NCBI GenBank assembly: GCA_903930455.1
Contig: CAIYYT010000054.1
Location: forward strand, 1-63,213
DNA: 63,213 nucleotides
Direction of reading: 5' to 3'
Source of the DNA: an uncultured bacterium
Lineage (GTDB): Bacteria > Zixibacteria > MSB-5A5 > CAIYYT01
The notes under the pieces were generated by a model that saw nothing but the letters and a program-made list of their open reading frames with translations, was not told where the DNA came from and did not search any database. The position numbers and the translations under genes are program-made. Of this stretch, positions 54,443 to 63,213 are shown in pieces. Each line of letters begins with the position of its first letter. Position 1 is the first letter of the stretch.

Positions 54443-55306
54443 CTACCCTGCCAACAATCTTGATGACCATTCATCATACGTCGTACCGAGTTCCTGCAGC
54501 GCTTGCTCGCCTTGTTCCATTGTCGGGGGCTTGCCGTGCCACTCCGATTTGCCTTCCATAAACGACACGCCTTTGCCCATAGTCGTATGGGCGATGATGA
54601 CAGTCGGTTTCCCCTGGTAATGCAGCATTTCGTCATAAGCAGCCAATATCTGCTGTATATCATGCCCGTCGATTTCCAGCACGTGCCAGTTGAATGCCTG
54701 CCATTTGTCGGCAAGCGGTGCGATATCCATAATCTTGGGGACTTCGCCATCAATCTGCCGCTTATTGTAGTCAATGATTACGCCTAGCTTGTCAAGATGA
54801 TAGTGGCCGGCAAACATGATGGCTTCCCAGCAAGAACCCTCCTGCAATTCGCCATCTCCCATAACGCAGAAAACGCGCCGGGGATGCTTGTCGATACTGG
54901 ATCCTTTGGCCACTCCGCAGGCGATCGACAGACCCTGTCCCAGTGAACCCGATGACACCTCGATACCGGGTGTGTCGAGTCGGTGAGGGTGCCCCTGAAG
55001 ACGACTGTTCAACTTGCGAAAGGTCATCAGATCTTTCAGCGGGAAGTAGCCGCATTCAGCCAGCAAGGAGTAGTTGACCGGCGTTACATGGCCGATGGAA
55101 TAAAAAAGAAAATCGCGGTCAGCCCAGTGGGGCTCGCTTGGCTTGTGGTTGAGAATGCGAAAGGAGAGCGCCGTCGCAAAATCGGTGCACGACAGCGGTC
55201 CGCCGGTATGGCCGGATTTGGCCTCCACCAGCATGGTGATGATGTCGCGGCGAACATCCAGAGCCGCTGCCTGAAGTTGTTCGGCCGAGTAGTTAAAGGG
55301 ATTCAA
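54443..55306 (-). CDS. Transketolase, N-terminal (TPP-binding) subunit
   Basis: SGHTGGPLS and GDGELQEGSCWEA. Confidence 0.9.
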   Translation of the reverse strand: MNPFNYSAEQLQAAALDVRRDIITMLVEAKSGHTGGPLSCTDFATALSFRILNHKPSEPHWADRDFLFYSIGHVTPVNYSLLAECGYFPLKDLMTFRKLNSRLQGHPHRLDTPGIEVSSGSLGQGLSIACGVAKGSSIDKHPRRVFCVMGDGELQEGSCWEAIMFAGHYHLDKLGVIIDYNKRQIDGEVPKIMDIAPLADKWQAFNWHVLEIDGHDIQQILAAYDEMLHYQGKPTVIIAHTTMGKGVSFMEGKSEWHGKPPTMEQGEQALQELGTTYDEWSSRLLAG

Positions 55307-55370
55307 GAACTCCTCCTGTTCCCCTCTGACAGGTAAACGGACAAAGTCATAGAGAAGAAAACGTGGGTTG

Positions 55371-55979
55371 TCAAACCGATTTAGCCAGTTTCAAGATGCG
55401 CTCGTACAGTCGCGCTGCATGAGCAATCAATTCCTTTTTGGTGCCGTTGTTGGTGAGCACAAAATCGGCGCTGCGACGCTGGATGTATTTGGGAATCTGC
55501 CTGCGGATACGATTGCGAATTTCCTTACCCGTTAGTCCCCTGGTCTTCAAGCGTGCGCTCTGATTCTTATAGGTGCTCTCCACAACAACGATGTAATCCA
55601 ATTCCTGCTCCAGTCGCCAATTATAAATCAGCGCAGCATCAACAACAAGGATTTTCCACTTCTTAGATTTCCGAGCCTGTGTGATTTCGGTTCGCATCTG
55701 CCTAAGCAACCACGGATGTACGATCTCGTTCAGGGACTTCGTCTTCAAATCATCGCCGAAAGCAATCCTTCCAAGTTCAGAACGGTCAAGACGTCCCGTT
55801 TTTGTGAGAATCTGCGAACCGAATTTCCTGACTAGCGCTTTGAGGAGTTGCGAATGCTTGTCGATGACTTCATGCCCAAGCTTGTCCCCCGATATCACAA
55901 CCGCACCCAAACGCGCAAATTCGTCGGCAACTACACTCTTGCCACAACCAATCTGCCCGGTGATACCAATTGTGATCAT
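55371..55979 (-). CDS. coaE: Dephospho-CoA kinase
   Basis: IGITGQIGCGKS P-loop; about 200 aa. Confidence 0.9.
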   Translation of the reverse strand: MITIGITGQIGCGKSVVADEFARLGAVVISGDKLGHEVIDKHSQLLKALVRKFGSQILTKTGRLDRSELGRIAFGDDLKTKSLNEIVHPWLLRQMRTEITQARKSKKWKILVVDAALIYNWRLEQELDYIVVVESTYKNQSARLKTRGLTGKEIRNRIRRQIPKYIQRRSADFVLTNNGTKKELIAHAARLYERILKLAKSV

Positions 55980-55988
55980 CTCAGGAGC

Positions 55989-57239
55989 TCATTTCGACCA
56001 GAGAGAGTACTGCTTAGCCAACGTAGTGCCTTCAGTTCCGGCCCGTAGATATTCTTCCTGCGGCAGGGATTTCAGGAAACGCGCGTCCATATCGTCATCG
56101 TAGTCGTCTCTTGTGGTGAGGCCATACTTCACCGCAAGTGTCGCAGCGGCAATGTAATACTTGCGAGCATTAAAGTAATCCTTTTGGAGTACATATGCTT
56201 TCGCCAAGTCGTTCAAGTTGTCGATGAGATCGGTCTGACGCCGCAATGACTGCCAGCTCGCCAGCGAACTATCAAGTCTGGAGATCGCATTTGGCAAGTC
56301 GCCTTTGTCGCGCAGGGCGCGTCCAAGTATCTGGGATGCGAGAGCGGAGACTTCACTGACTCCAGAATTGGCAAGTGCATTGACCACAGCGACGGCGTAA
56401 AAACTCGCTGAGTCGTAGTTGCCGAAACGGTGGAAATAGTCCGCCAAGCCCACTTTGCCCATGTTCTCGTATAGGCTACCCCCTGTCGCCGCTTTGACCA
56501 AGATGTCCTCGAAAAAGAGCTTCCCCTTCTCGAGTTTGCCTTGCCGTAGAGTACAAAAGCCGGCACCGGATTCGGCAGACAGAAAACTGGGCGGATCACC
56601 AACGGTATTGGCTAAATCGACGGCCTGTTCAGCGTATATTGCAGCCGAATCGATTTGGTCGGTCTGCCGGTAGCAGGATTCCAACACCAGCGACGCAGCC
56701 AGTTTGGAAGGAGTATCGTTTGCAGCGGCAGCGAATTTCAGAGCTGAATAGGCCTGTGGCATTGTCTGCTTGAAATTGCCAAGATGACTGTAGAGCTGAG
56801 CTAGCCCGACATGCGCCACCACCAATGTCGAGTCGGTCGCGAGCACTTGCAAAGTGGCGTTCAGCGCACGGTCAATTCCTCCGCCTTGCATCGTGTCAGC
56901 CCAGGCTCTGGCCATTGCGGTCTCGCCCTTGATTCTCGTGTCGGCCTGATTAGCATTCTCCGCCTGATGGTAGCTTAGCACGGCTCGGTCGAAATAGCCG
57001 AGCACGAAATTCTTTCTGGCCTCGCGCAGATAGTCAGCTTCTGTGGGTGAGACACCAAACTGTTTGACGATCACGACCGCTATGATAACAAGGGCAATAG
57101 CGCCAGCAGTGATGCCCGCCCAACGGAAGATCTTGTGAAAGGTCTCAATGTTGTAACGATAGTAAAGCCCGAGAGTCGGTTTCGGTCGAGCCGGACGCCT
57201 AGCTTTCGCCTGCTGTCTCAGTTTGCCTTTTCGTGACAT
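55989..57239 (-). CDS. Membrane-anchored TPR-repeat protein
   Basis: Basic N-terminus, one TM helix (AGITAGAIALVIIAVVIV), then repeated A..Y/L..A helical-pair pattern. Confidence 0.65.
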   Translation of the reverse strand: MSRKGKLRQQAKARRPARPKPTLGLYYRYNIETFHKIFRWAGITAGAIALVIIAVVIVKQFGVSPTEADYLREARKNFVLGYFDRAVLSYHQAENANQADTRIKGETAMARAWADTMQGGGIDRALNATLQVLATDSTLVVAHVGLAQLYSHLGNFKQTMPQAYSALKFAAAANDTPSKLAASLVLESCYRQTDQIDSAAIYAEQAVDLANTVGDPPSFLSAESGAGFCTLRQGKLEKGKLFFEDILVKAATGGSLYENMGKVGLADYFHRFGNYDSASFYAVAVVNALANSGVSEVSALASQILGRALRDKGDLPNAISRLDSSLASWQSLRRQTDLIDNLNDLAKAYVLQKDYFNARKYYIAAATLAVKYGLTTRDDYDDDMDARFLKSLPQEEYLRAGTEGTTLAKQYSLWSK

Positions 57240-57245
57240 AGTCGA

Positions 57246-59939
57246 CTACTTGCTCTCCAACCAGTTGTCGCCTATGCCCATGTCAACCGTGATCGGTACG
57301 GTGAGGCTGACGCACCCTTCCATCGTATTACGCACGAGCTGCTTCATGTCTTCTATCTCTGACAGATGCGTATCAAATACGAGTTCGTCATGCACTTGCA
57401 GGATCATCTTCGACTTCTTCCCTTGCATCTGACGGTCGATTTCGATCATCGCAATCTTGATCATGTCCGCTGCCGTTCCCTGAATAACAGTGTTGACGGC
57501 CGTCCGTTCGGCAAATTGTCGCAGCGCCGTATTCTTCGCATCAATCTCCGGTAGATAGCGACGGCGACCAAACAGAGTTGTAACGTAACCCTGTTGACGC
57601 GCTTTCGCAATAGTATCGCCGATAAAGGCGCGAATCATGGGGTAACGTTTGAAATAAATGTCAATGAACTCTTTGGCCTCAGTCACGGTCATGTTCGACT
57701 GCTGAGACAAACCAAAGGCCGTCACACCGTAAATCACTGCGAAATTGGCGGTCTTGGCGACACGGCGCATTTCGGGTGTGACGGCAGTCAGGTCGACACC
57801 GAAAACTTCTGACGCCGTGCGCTTGTGAATATCCTCGCCGTTGCGGAAGGATTCGATCAGCGGTTGTTCCTTTGCAAAGTGTGCCAGAATGCGCAGTTCA
57901 ATCTGCGAGTAGTCGGCGGTCAACAATTTGTAGTGTTCGTTTGTTGGGATAAATGCCTTGCGAATCTGGCTCCCCTCTTCGGTACGGATCGGGATATTCT
58001 GCAAATTGGGATCTGTCGAGGACAATCTGCCCGTGGTAGCCACCGCCTGATTATACGATGTGTGCACGCGCCCGGTGCGGGGTTTGACCAACTTCGGAAG
58101 TGCATCAACATATGTTGACTTCAGTTTCTGCAACTTACGATAGTCGAGCATTCTCTTCGGTAGATCGTGTTGTTTGGCAAGCTCGATCAGCACACTAACG
58201 TCGGTTGAGTAGCCGGTCTTCTTCGTTGTCTTGTGCATCGGCTTCAGCCCGAGTTTATTGAAGAGCACGTCAGAGAGTTGCGCGGTGGAGTTGATGTTGA
58301 ACTCCTGGCCGGCAAGTGTATAGATGTCAAACACAATCTTGTCGAGCTCGGCCGCGATCTCTTTGGACATCTTTTCCAGAAGCGGCACATCGATCTTTAC
58401 ACCGGTTGCTTCCATGTTGGCCAGTACTCGCGCCAACGGCAGTTCGATTTCATGTAGCAGCTTCTCCGCTCCGGTTTCCTTAACTATCGGTTCGAGCTTG
58501 TGGTATAGACGGTAGGTGAAATCGGCGTCTTCAGCGGAGTAGAACGTGGCTTTGTCAACGGACACTTCGGCGAACGACTTCTGTTTCTTGCCGGAGCCGA
58601 TCAAAGCGGTGATCGGCTGCATCGAGTAGTTGAAGTGTTTCAACGCCAGAGCATCCAACCCGTGCTGCCCGGCCGGGTCTATTACGTATGATGCCAACAT
58701 CGTGTCATAATCGAAGGACGATATCGTGTATCCGTGGCGGGTCATGACGTGATAATCGAACTTGAAGTTCTGCGCAATCTTCTTGATCGCGGAATCGGCG
58801 AATACCGGGTTCAGTAGATTTCTGCAAGTATCGGCATCAAGATTCTCTGCCCCAAGATCAACATGACCAAGCGGAATGTAATAAGCTTCGCCATCTGCTA
58901 TGGCAATCGAAATGCCGACCAGTCCACAACTCAGAGAATCCAGGCCCGTAGTCTCGGTATCGAAGGCGAACAGCTTAGCTGCCTTGATCTTTTCGACGAG
59001 CTTCCCCAATTCAGCGGCAGTGTCGATAGTGCGGTAGTTCTGCCTTGTATCGAAGTGCGTATCAGTAGCTTGTCCCAGCGATTTGGCCAGCGAGACTAAT
59101 TCCAGCTCCATGAATAGCTGACGAAGCGCCGAAGTGTTCAGTGTTGGGGCCAACATTCTGTCTAGGCTCATTTCGCAGTTGGCCTTGGTCTCCAGCGTTA
59201 CTAACTGGCGCGACAGATAAGCCTGATCTTTGTGCGTAATCAGCATCTCCCGCAGCTTCTCGCGCGTGACCTTGTCGACATTGGCATACACGCCATCAAA
59301 CGACCCGAACTGCTCGAGCAACTGCAGCGCCGTCTTGGGACCAACACCCGTGACCCCGGGAACGTTGTCGGTGCTATCGCCGGTCAGCGCCATGAGGTCG
59401 ACGACTTGCTCCGGGTAAACACCCATCTTGGCTTTGACGGCCTCTCGGTCAATCCACTCTCCCGCTTCCGAGACTTTCTTGAGATTTAGTACCCTGGTTT
59501 TCTCATCCACCAGTTGAAACAGATCCTTGTCGCCGGTGACTATGACGACATCCCATCCCATTTGCTCAGCCTTGACGGCAGCCGTGGCGATAAGATCGTC
59601 AGCTTCATAACCGGGTTTGCGCAAGGTTGCGACAGCCATCACTCGAAGCAGTTCGTCCAGCCTTGGCAATTGCTCCACCATCTCCTCCGGCATTGACGGA
59701 CGGTTGGCTTTGTAACCCGCGTACATCTTATGACGGAAAGTCGGTTCTTTGCTATCGAGAACTACTGCCAAATGCGATGGCTGTTCTTTCGAGAGGATAC
59801 GCAGGATTGTGGCGGCAAAGCCATAGACAACGGACGTATGCTCGCCCCGCTTGGTCTTGAGGGGGTTTTGCGCAAATGCATAATATGACCGGTACGCAAG
59901 CGCACTGCCATCGACTAGAAACAAGCGTTTATCAGACAT
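57246..59939 (-). CDS. polA: DNA polymerase I
   Basis: 5'-nuclease N-terminus (LFLVDGSALAYRSYYA), 3'-5' exonuclease domain (FAFDTETTGL), polymerase motifs DYSQIELR and QVHDELVF. Confidence 0.95.
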   Translation of the reverse strand: MSDKRLFLVDGSALAYRSYYAFAQNPLKTKRGEHTSVVYGFAATILRILSKEQPSHLAVVLDSKEPTFRHKMYAGYKANRPSMPEEMVEQLPRLDELLRVMAVATLRKPGYEADDLIATAAVKAEQMGWDVVIVTGDKDLFQLVDEKTRVLNLKKVSEAGEWIDREAVKAKMGVYPEQVVDLMALTGDSTDNVPGVTGVGPKTALQLLEQFGSFDGVYANVDKVTREKLREMLITHKDQAYLSRQLVTLETKANCEMSLDRMLAPTLNTSALRQLFMELELVSLAKSLGQATDTHFDTRQNYRTIDTAAELGKLVEKIKAAKLFAFDTETTGLDSLSCGLVGISIAIADGEAYYIPLGHVDLGAENLDADTCRNLLNPVFADSAIKKIAQNFKFDYHVMTRHGYTISSFDYDTMLASYVIDPAGQHGLDALALKHFNYSMQPITALIGSGKKQKSFAEVSVDKATFYSAEDADFTYRLYHKLEPIVKETGAEKLLHEIELPLARVLANMEATGVKIDVPLLEKMSKEIAAELDKIVFDIYTLAGQEFNINSTAQLSDVLFNKLGLKPMHKTTKKTGYSTDVSVLIELAKQHDLPKRMLDYRKLQKLKSTYVDALPKLVKPRTGRVHTSYNQAVATTGRLSSTDPNLQNIPIRTEEGSQIRKAFIPTNEHYKLLTADYSQIELRILAHFAKEQPLIESFRNGEDIHKRTASEVFGVDLTAVTPEMRRVAKTANFAVIYGVTAFGLSQQSNMTVTEAKEFIDIYFKRYPMIRAFIGDTIAKARQQGYVTTLFGRRRYLPEIDAKNTALRQFAERTAVNTVIQGTAADMIKIAMIEIDRQMQGKKSKMILQVHDELVFDTHLSEIEDMKQLVRNTMEGCVSLTVPITVDMGIGDNWLESK

Positions 59940-59941
59940 TG

Positions 59942-60523
59942 TCAGTTCCGGTACAACGCCGAGCGCGAAATGTATTCTTCTACGGCCTTTGGCACCATAA
60001 ATCGGATCGGCAGATTTTCGTGTACGCGTCGGCGTATATCGGACGCGGAGATGTCAATCAACGGCATCTCGATCAACTTCATGGCGGCGGCTCGTCCCTT
60101 CAACAACGGTTGGCGTCCGGGACGATGCGCGACCACTATAGTCGCCAACGAGAGAATCCTGTCCGGATCGTGCCAAGTGTCAAACTGATCGAGGTTATCG
60201 GCGCCTATAATGAAGTCGATTTCACTCTCGCAATAGATGGTCCTCAGCAGTTCGAGGGTGTTCACGGTGTACGATTTTCCGGTGAGCCGGCTCTCAACGT
60301 CGGATAGCACCAGGTCCGGCTGGTCCGCGACCGCCAATTTAATCATGGCACAACGGTGCTCAAAAGACGTCTGTATGATTTTCTCCTGATGAGCCGAATC
60401 AAATGTTGGCACGATCAGCACGCGATGCAGATTTAGCTGCCGCTTTGCTTCCGAGGCAAGAATCAGATGCCCGAGATGAATGGGGTCAAACGCCCCACCA
60501 AGCACTCCGAGACGATCACTCAC
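59942..60523 (-). CDS. nadD: Nicotinate-nucleotide adenylyltransferase
   Basis: GGAFDPIHLGHL (H/T-x-G-H) motif and ISASDIRRR. Confidence 0.9.
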   Translation of the reverse strand: MSDRLGVLGGAFDPIHLGHLILASEAKRQLNLHRVLIVPTFDSAHQEKIIQTSFEHRCAMIKLAVADQPDLVLSDVESRLTGKSYTVNTLELLRTIYCESEIDFIIGADNLDQFDTWHDPDRILSLATIVVAHRPGRQPLLKGRAAAMKLIEMPLIDISASDIRRRVHENLPIRFMVPKAVEEYISRSALYRN

Positions 60524-61340
60524 TTTTCTGCTGGGTCACTTTGACGGAGTCTTGACCAACGCCACTTGCGGGTCCGGCGGCAATTTTCTCTTCCATCTTT
60601 GCCTTCATCTTACCTGCCTTGGCGAAAAACTCCGACCGGGGAAAAGTGTTGATTAGATTAGTGAGCTTGTCGCGAGCATCGCTGTAGTGCTTCTGTTTTT
60701 CGTCAATGCTCGCCAGAAGATAGAGCGCTTCCGGAATACATTTGGCTTCCTGATGCTCTTTGATCACATCTTCGAGATAGATGCGCGAGGAGACCAGATT
60801 GCCCATCCGATAATACTGTCGGCCGGCTCGAAATTCCTTTTCCACCGTCTTCTCGATAGCTTGCGACAGCAGAAACTCTCCCTCATGGCGACGATCCGAG
60901 TTGGGATAATCCTCAAGATATGCGGTCAGTTCCTTGATCGCGTTCTCGGTGTCAGTCTGGTCGAGTCCTACATTCTTCGGCGCAGCGTCAAAATACGACT
61001 TGCCGATCATAAAGGCGGCGTCATCGATCAGTTCGCTGTTGGGGAAGTTGGTAATCAACCGCCGGAATTCCGGAATCGCGAGATGGAAGTCTTCGCGACC
61101 ATGATACGACATGGCGAACCAGAACTGGACGCTATCGACATAGCTAAGGCCGGGGTAGTTGTACAAGACCTTCTGAAATTCGAGGATGGCCTCGTCATAG
61201 TGGTGCCGTTCATACGTTTTCATGGCAAGATCATACTGTCCGCGCGCGCCGCCCGTGCTTACCGTCGCCTGTCTGGCTGCGCATCCCGCAAGCAAAAGTG
61301 TCAGTCCCAGAGTTAGTATTCCAATTCGGTGCAGTGTCAT
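60516..61340 (-). CDS. bamD: Outer membrane protein assembly factor BamD-like lipoprotein
   Basis: Lipobox LLLAGC from the ATG at 61340, TPR-like helices, conserved YPNS motifs. Confidence 0.75.
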   Translation of the reverse strand: MTLHRIGILTLGLTLLLAGCAARQATVSTGGARGQYDLAMKTYERHHYDEAILEFQKVLYNYPGLSYVDSVQFWFAMSYHGREDFHLAIPEFRRLITNFPNSELIDDAAFMIGKSYFDAAPKNVGLDQTDTENAIKELTAYLEDYPNSDRRHEGEFLLSQAIEKTVEKEFRAGRQYYRMGNLVSSRIYLEDVIKEHQEAKCIPEALYLLASIDEKQKHYSDARDKLTNLINTFPRSEFFAKAGKMKAKMEEKIAAGPASGVGQDSVKVTQQKSE

Positions 61341-61359
61341 GTAGGCCTCTCGATTCGTC

Positions 61360-61962
61360 TTACCGCGATGCAAAAAACAGATAAACCAGCGCGCCGGTAA
61401 TGCCGAGAATCAAACCGGGTTCGACCAGCCGCTGATAGATAGTCGGTGGCAATGTCGGTGACAAAAAGCTATCTTTTCCCCGTGCAGCGCGCGCCTCATT
61501 ATAACTCAGGGTATCGCATACAGTCAACGAGCTGACCACCGCAGAGTGCAGCAATCGGCCATCGCTCCCTAGCAACTGACTGGCGCCGCTGATTCCGAAC
61601 ATCCGCGCAACCCGACCTTGAGAAAAGAACCCTCTATGCACACCTTCATAGGAGAGATGATAATCATTCACTGTTGTTTTTACAATCGGTCTCTTGGAAT
61701 CGACGCCTACTGATACAAGATATACCGGAATTCCAGAACGTTCCAGTCTGACCACCAGATTGTTCAGCAGTTGCTGCCCAAAACGCCCATCCACGGGGAG
61801 GAGCACAACGCCCGAATCGGTTGGCGCCGTCAGCTGCCCTGCCAAACTGTCTGCCAGCGTTTCAATCCCCTTTTCGCAAAGCTGCTCGTTGGAAAGCACT
61901 GCGGCAGCCGCAGACAGAGAAAAAAACAACAGCAACACAGCCGACGCCAGCGCTCTAGGCAT
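61360..61962 (-). CDS. Hypothetical exported protein with a C-terminal TM helix
   Basis: The ATG at 61962 gives the signal-like MPRALASAVLLLFFSLSAAAA. C-terminal GLILGITGALVYLFFA. Confidence 0.55.
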   Translation of the reverse strand: MPRALASAVLLLFFSLSAAAAVLSNEQLCEKGIETLADSLAGQLTAPTDSGVVLLPVDGRFGQQLLNNLVVRLERSGIPVYLVSVGVDSKRPIVKTTVNDYHLSYEGVHRGFFSQGRVARMFGISGASQLLGSDGRLLHSAVVSSLTVCDTLSYNEARAARGKDSFLSPTLPPTIYQRLVEPGLILGITGALVYLFFASR

Positions 61963-62737
61963 CAGGATACTTCTCCAATAGCTCCTCGTACGTCGACATG
62001 ACTCTGTGGACATACTGCGACGGCAACTTGCGATTAGTCGCTAACCGGTCGCGCATGGCCGTTTCGCCGAGATTGTAAGCTATCAGTCCCTGGCGAATAT
62101 CGCCGTATTTCATGATCAACTCGAACAGGTAGAGACTGCCAAGCTTGATGTTGTATGCCGGATCAAACAACGACGTTCTACCTGCGAAATCGTGACCCGG
62201 GCGATTCGCCAATTCCACAGCTACTGCCGGTTTGATTTGCATCAGGCCATGTGCTCCCTGATAGGAGATATTGCCCTTGCGTAGGGAACTCTCGGTAAGA
62301 ATCACGGCTAACAACAACCGCGGATCATAGCTGTAGCGCCGGCTTTCGTTGTCAATTACTTGCGCCAACTGGCCGACCTCGTTCTTGTCAAAGCCCACCT
62401 GAAAATCGCCGATGATTCTCTCGACCAGCACCTGCCGTTTCGTTTGAGTCCGGCGTTCTTCCTGCATCGTGTCACTCGGACGACAGTGGCAGGCCAGACT
62501 TGCAAGTTGAACCTCATGTCGATCCGTTTGACCTGTCCATAGACTGGTGAGCGCCTCACCAACTGAGGCCTGATCGGCTGTAGGTGTGGTCTGGACCGAC
62601 AAGAACGCCGCGGATTTCCCATTGTCGGTAAGATCCAGCACCAAATACGTTACCACGACCGATTGAATTAAACAGATCATGAAGAAACGCAGCGCCAGAC
62701 GCCGTAACCGTAATTGCAAATAGTTCTTATTTGCCAT
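61955..62737 (-). CDS. Lytic transglycosylase (SLT domain) protein
   Basis: LTESSL (catalytic Glu-Ser), GAHGLMQIKP, AYNLG. Confidence 0.85.
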   Translation of the reverse strand: MANKNYLQLRLRRLALRFFMICLIQSVVVTYLVLDLTDNGKSAAFLSVQTTPTADQASVGEALTSLWTGQTDRHEVQLASLACHCRPSDTMQEERRTQTKRQVLVERIIGDFQVGFDKNEVGQLAQVIDNESRRYSYDPRLLLAVILTESSLRKGNISYQGAHGLMQIKPAVAVELANRPGHDFAGRTSLFDPAYNIKLGSLYLFELIMKYGDIRQGLIAYNLGETAMRDRLATNRKLPSQYVHRVMSTYEELLEKYPDA

Positions 62738-63213
62738 GTTTTCTCCCTTCTACGCCCGCACCAACAAATTCCCCAACAAACCCTTCTCCCGAAGTCCCGG
62801 TAACATAGACTGTGCGGAAACCCTTGCCAACAACGGCGCGAGCGGGGACGTGAATGGTGAAATCAATCTCCGGAGCGTCACAGAACAATCTGCCGATGGC
62901 CTGCTTGCTCGGAGCATTGAAACGTTCGACGATCATCTTCAGTTCCCGGCCAATCAAAGACGCATTAAATTCCTCAGCGTTTTCGTTGATCAGGCGGGTC
63001 AACTCTTCCTGGCGCGCCGCAATTGTTCGCTGCGCGAGACGACCGTTAAACTGGTGAGCGGTGGTTCCTTCTTCTCGGCTGTAGCCAAATACACCACCGC
63101 GACAAATTCTTTCCTCCTCTACAAAAGAGCAGAGCTCGTCAAACTCTTTACTGGTTTCGCCGGGAAACCCGACGATGAAAGTGGTACGCAGTACCGTGGT
63201 GGGAAGTTTCACC
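62727..63213 (-). CDS. rimO: Ribosomal protein S12 methylthiotransferase RimO, C-terminal part (N-terminus outside the window)
   Basis: Radical-SAM C-terminal region RTTFIVGFPGET..F..L..FV, GVFGYSREEGTTA, and a TRAM domain. The frame stays open to the window edge. Confidence 0.7.
   Translation of the reverse strand, partial: VKLPTTVLRTTFIVGFPGETSKEFDELCSFVEEERICRGGVFGYSREEGTTAHQFNGRLAQRTIAARQEELTRLINENAEEFNASLIGRELKMIVERFNAPSKQAIGRLFCDAPEIDFTIHVPARAVVGKGFRTVYVTGTSGEGFVGEFVGAGVEGRKHGK

Noticed and set aside
60687-61316. 209-aa ORF on the + strand
   Set aside because: Antisense to the BamD-like gene; shadow ORF.
1-63213. CRISPR arrays, rRNA genes, transposases, integrases, prophage genes, classic toxin-antitoxin pairs
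   Set aside because: I looked for regularly spaced direct repeats, rRNA-like conserved stretches, and DDE or tyrosine/serine recombinase motifs among all ORFs of 60 aa or more, and found none. The GNAT gene has no upstream RHH-type antitoxin ORF.

Overview
63.2-kb chromosomal segment of a Gram-negative bacterium. It is probably an uncultivated FCB-superphylum-like organism; this is inferred from a T9SS-type C-terminal sorting domain, SBBP/HYR/dockerin-like surface proteins, a PEP-CTERM protein and REP-type palindromes. GC is about 50% by hand counts.

Most of the window is housekeeping:
- Two tandem type IV pilin genes with a sigma-54 promoter and a PilR/NtrC-type activator (0-2.5 kb).
- GAF, NUDIX, FAD-oxidoreductase and alpha/beta-hydrolase genes.
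- An ECF sigma / anti-sigma module next to a kinase-less GAF-HisKA protein.
- purF, a Zn-ADH, an HI0933-type flavoprotein and a tandem-receiver protein.
- A complete nuoA-N operon on the minus strand (14.0-28.5 kb), with a glutaredoxin-like gene wedged between nuoM and nuoN.
- Methylmalonyl-pathway genes (epimerase, mutase catalytic chain, BCCP, biotin carboxylase), interrupted by a large SBBP-propeller/dockerin protein.
- Ferritin, an SPFH + zinc-ribbon gene pair, an RRM RNA-binding protein and a flavodiiron protein.

Two accessory patches stand out:
- 41.2-43.5 kb, abutting tRNA-Leu(UAA). It holds a cohesin-like lipoprotein, a low-GC DUF2752 gene, an unannotated 55-aa zinc-ribbon membrane gene, and an orphan ORF bracketed by two attC-like sites of canonical integron architecture. 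No integrase is present.
- 48.1-50.1 kb. It holds a GNAT gene and an orphan ORF, each behind a copy of a conserved 92-100 nt leader, embedded in REP-like palindromes.

The rest comprises a 1389-aa HYR/T9SS adhesin, pstS plus a porin, a PEP-CTERM protein, a split transketolase, coaE, a TPR protein, polA, nadD, bamD, an SLT transglycosylase and partial rimO. I saw no rRNA, CRISPR array, transposase or integrase.
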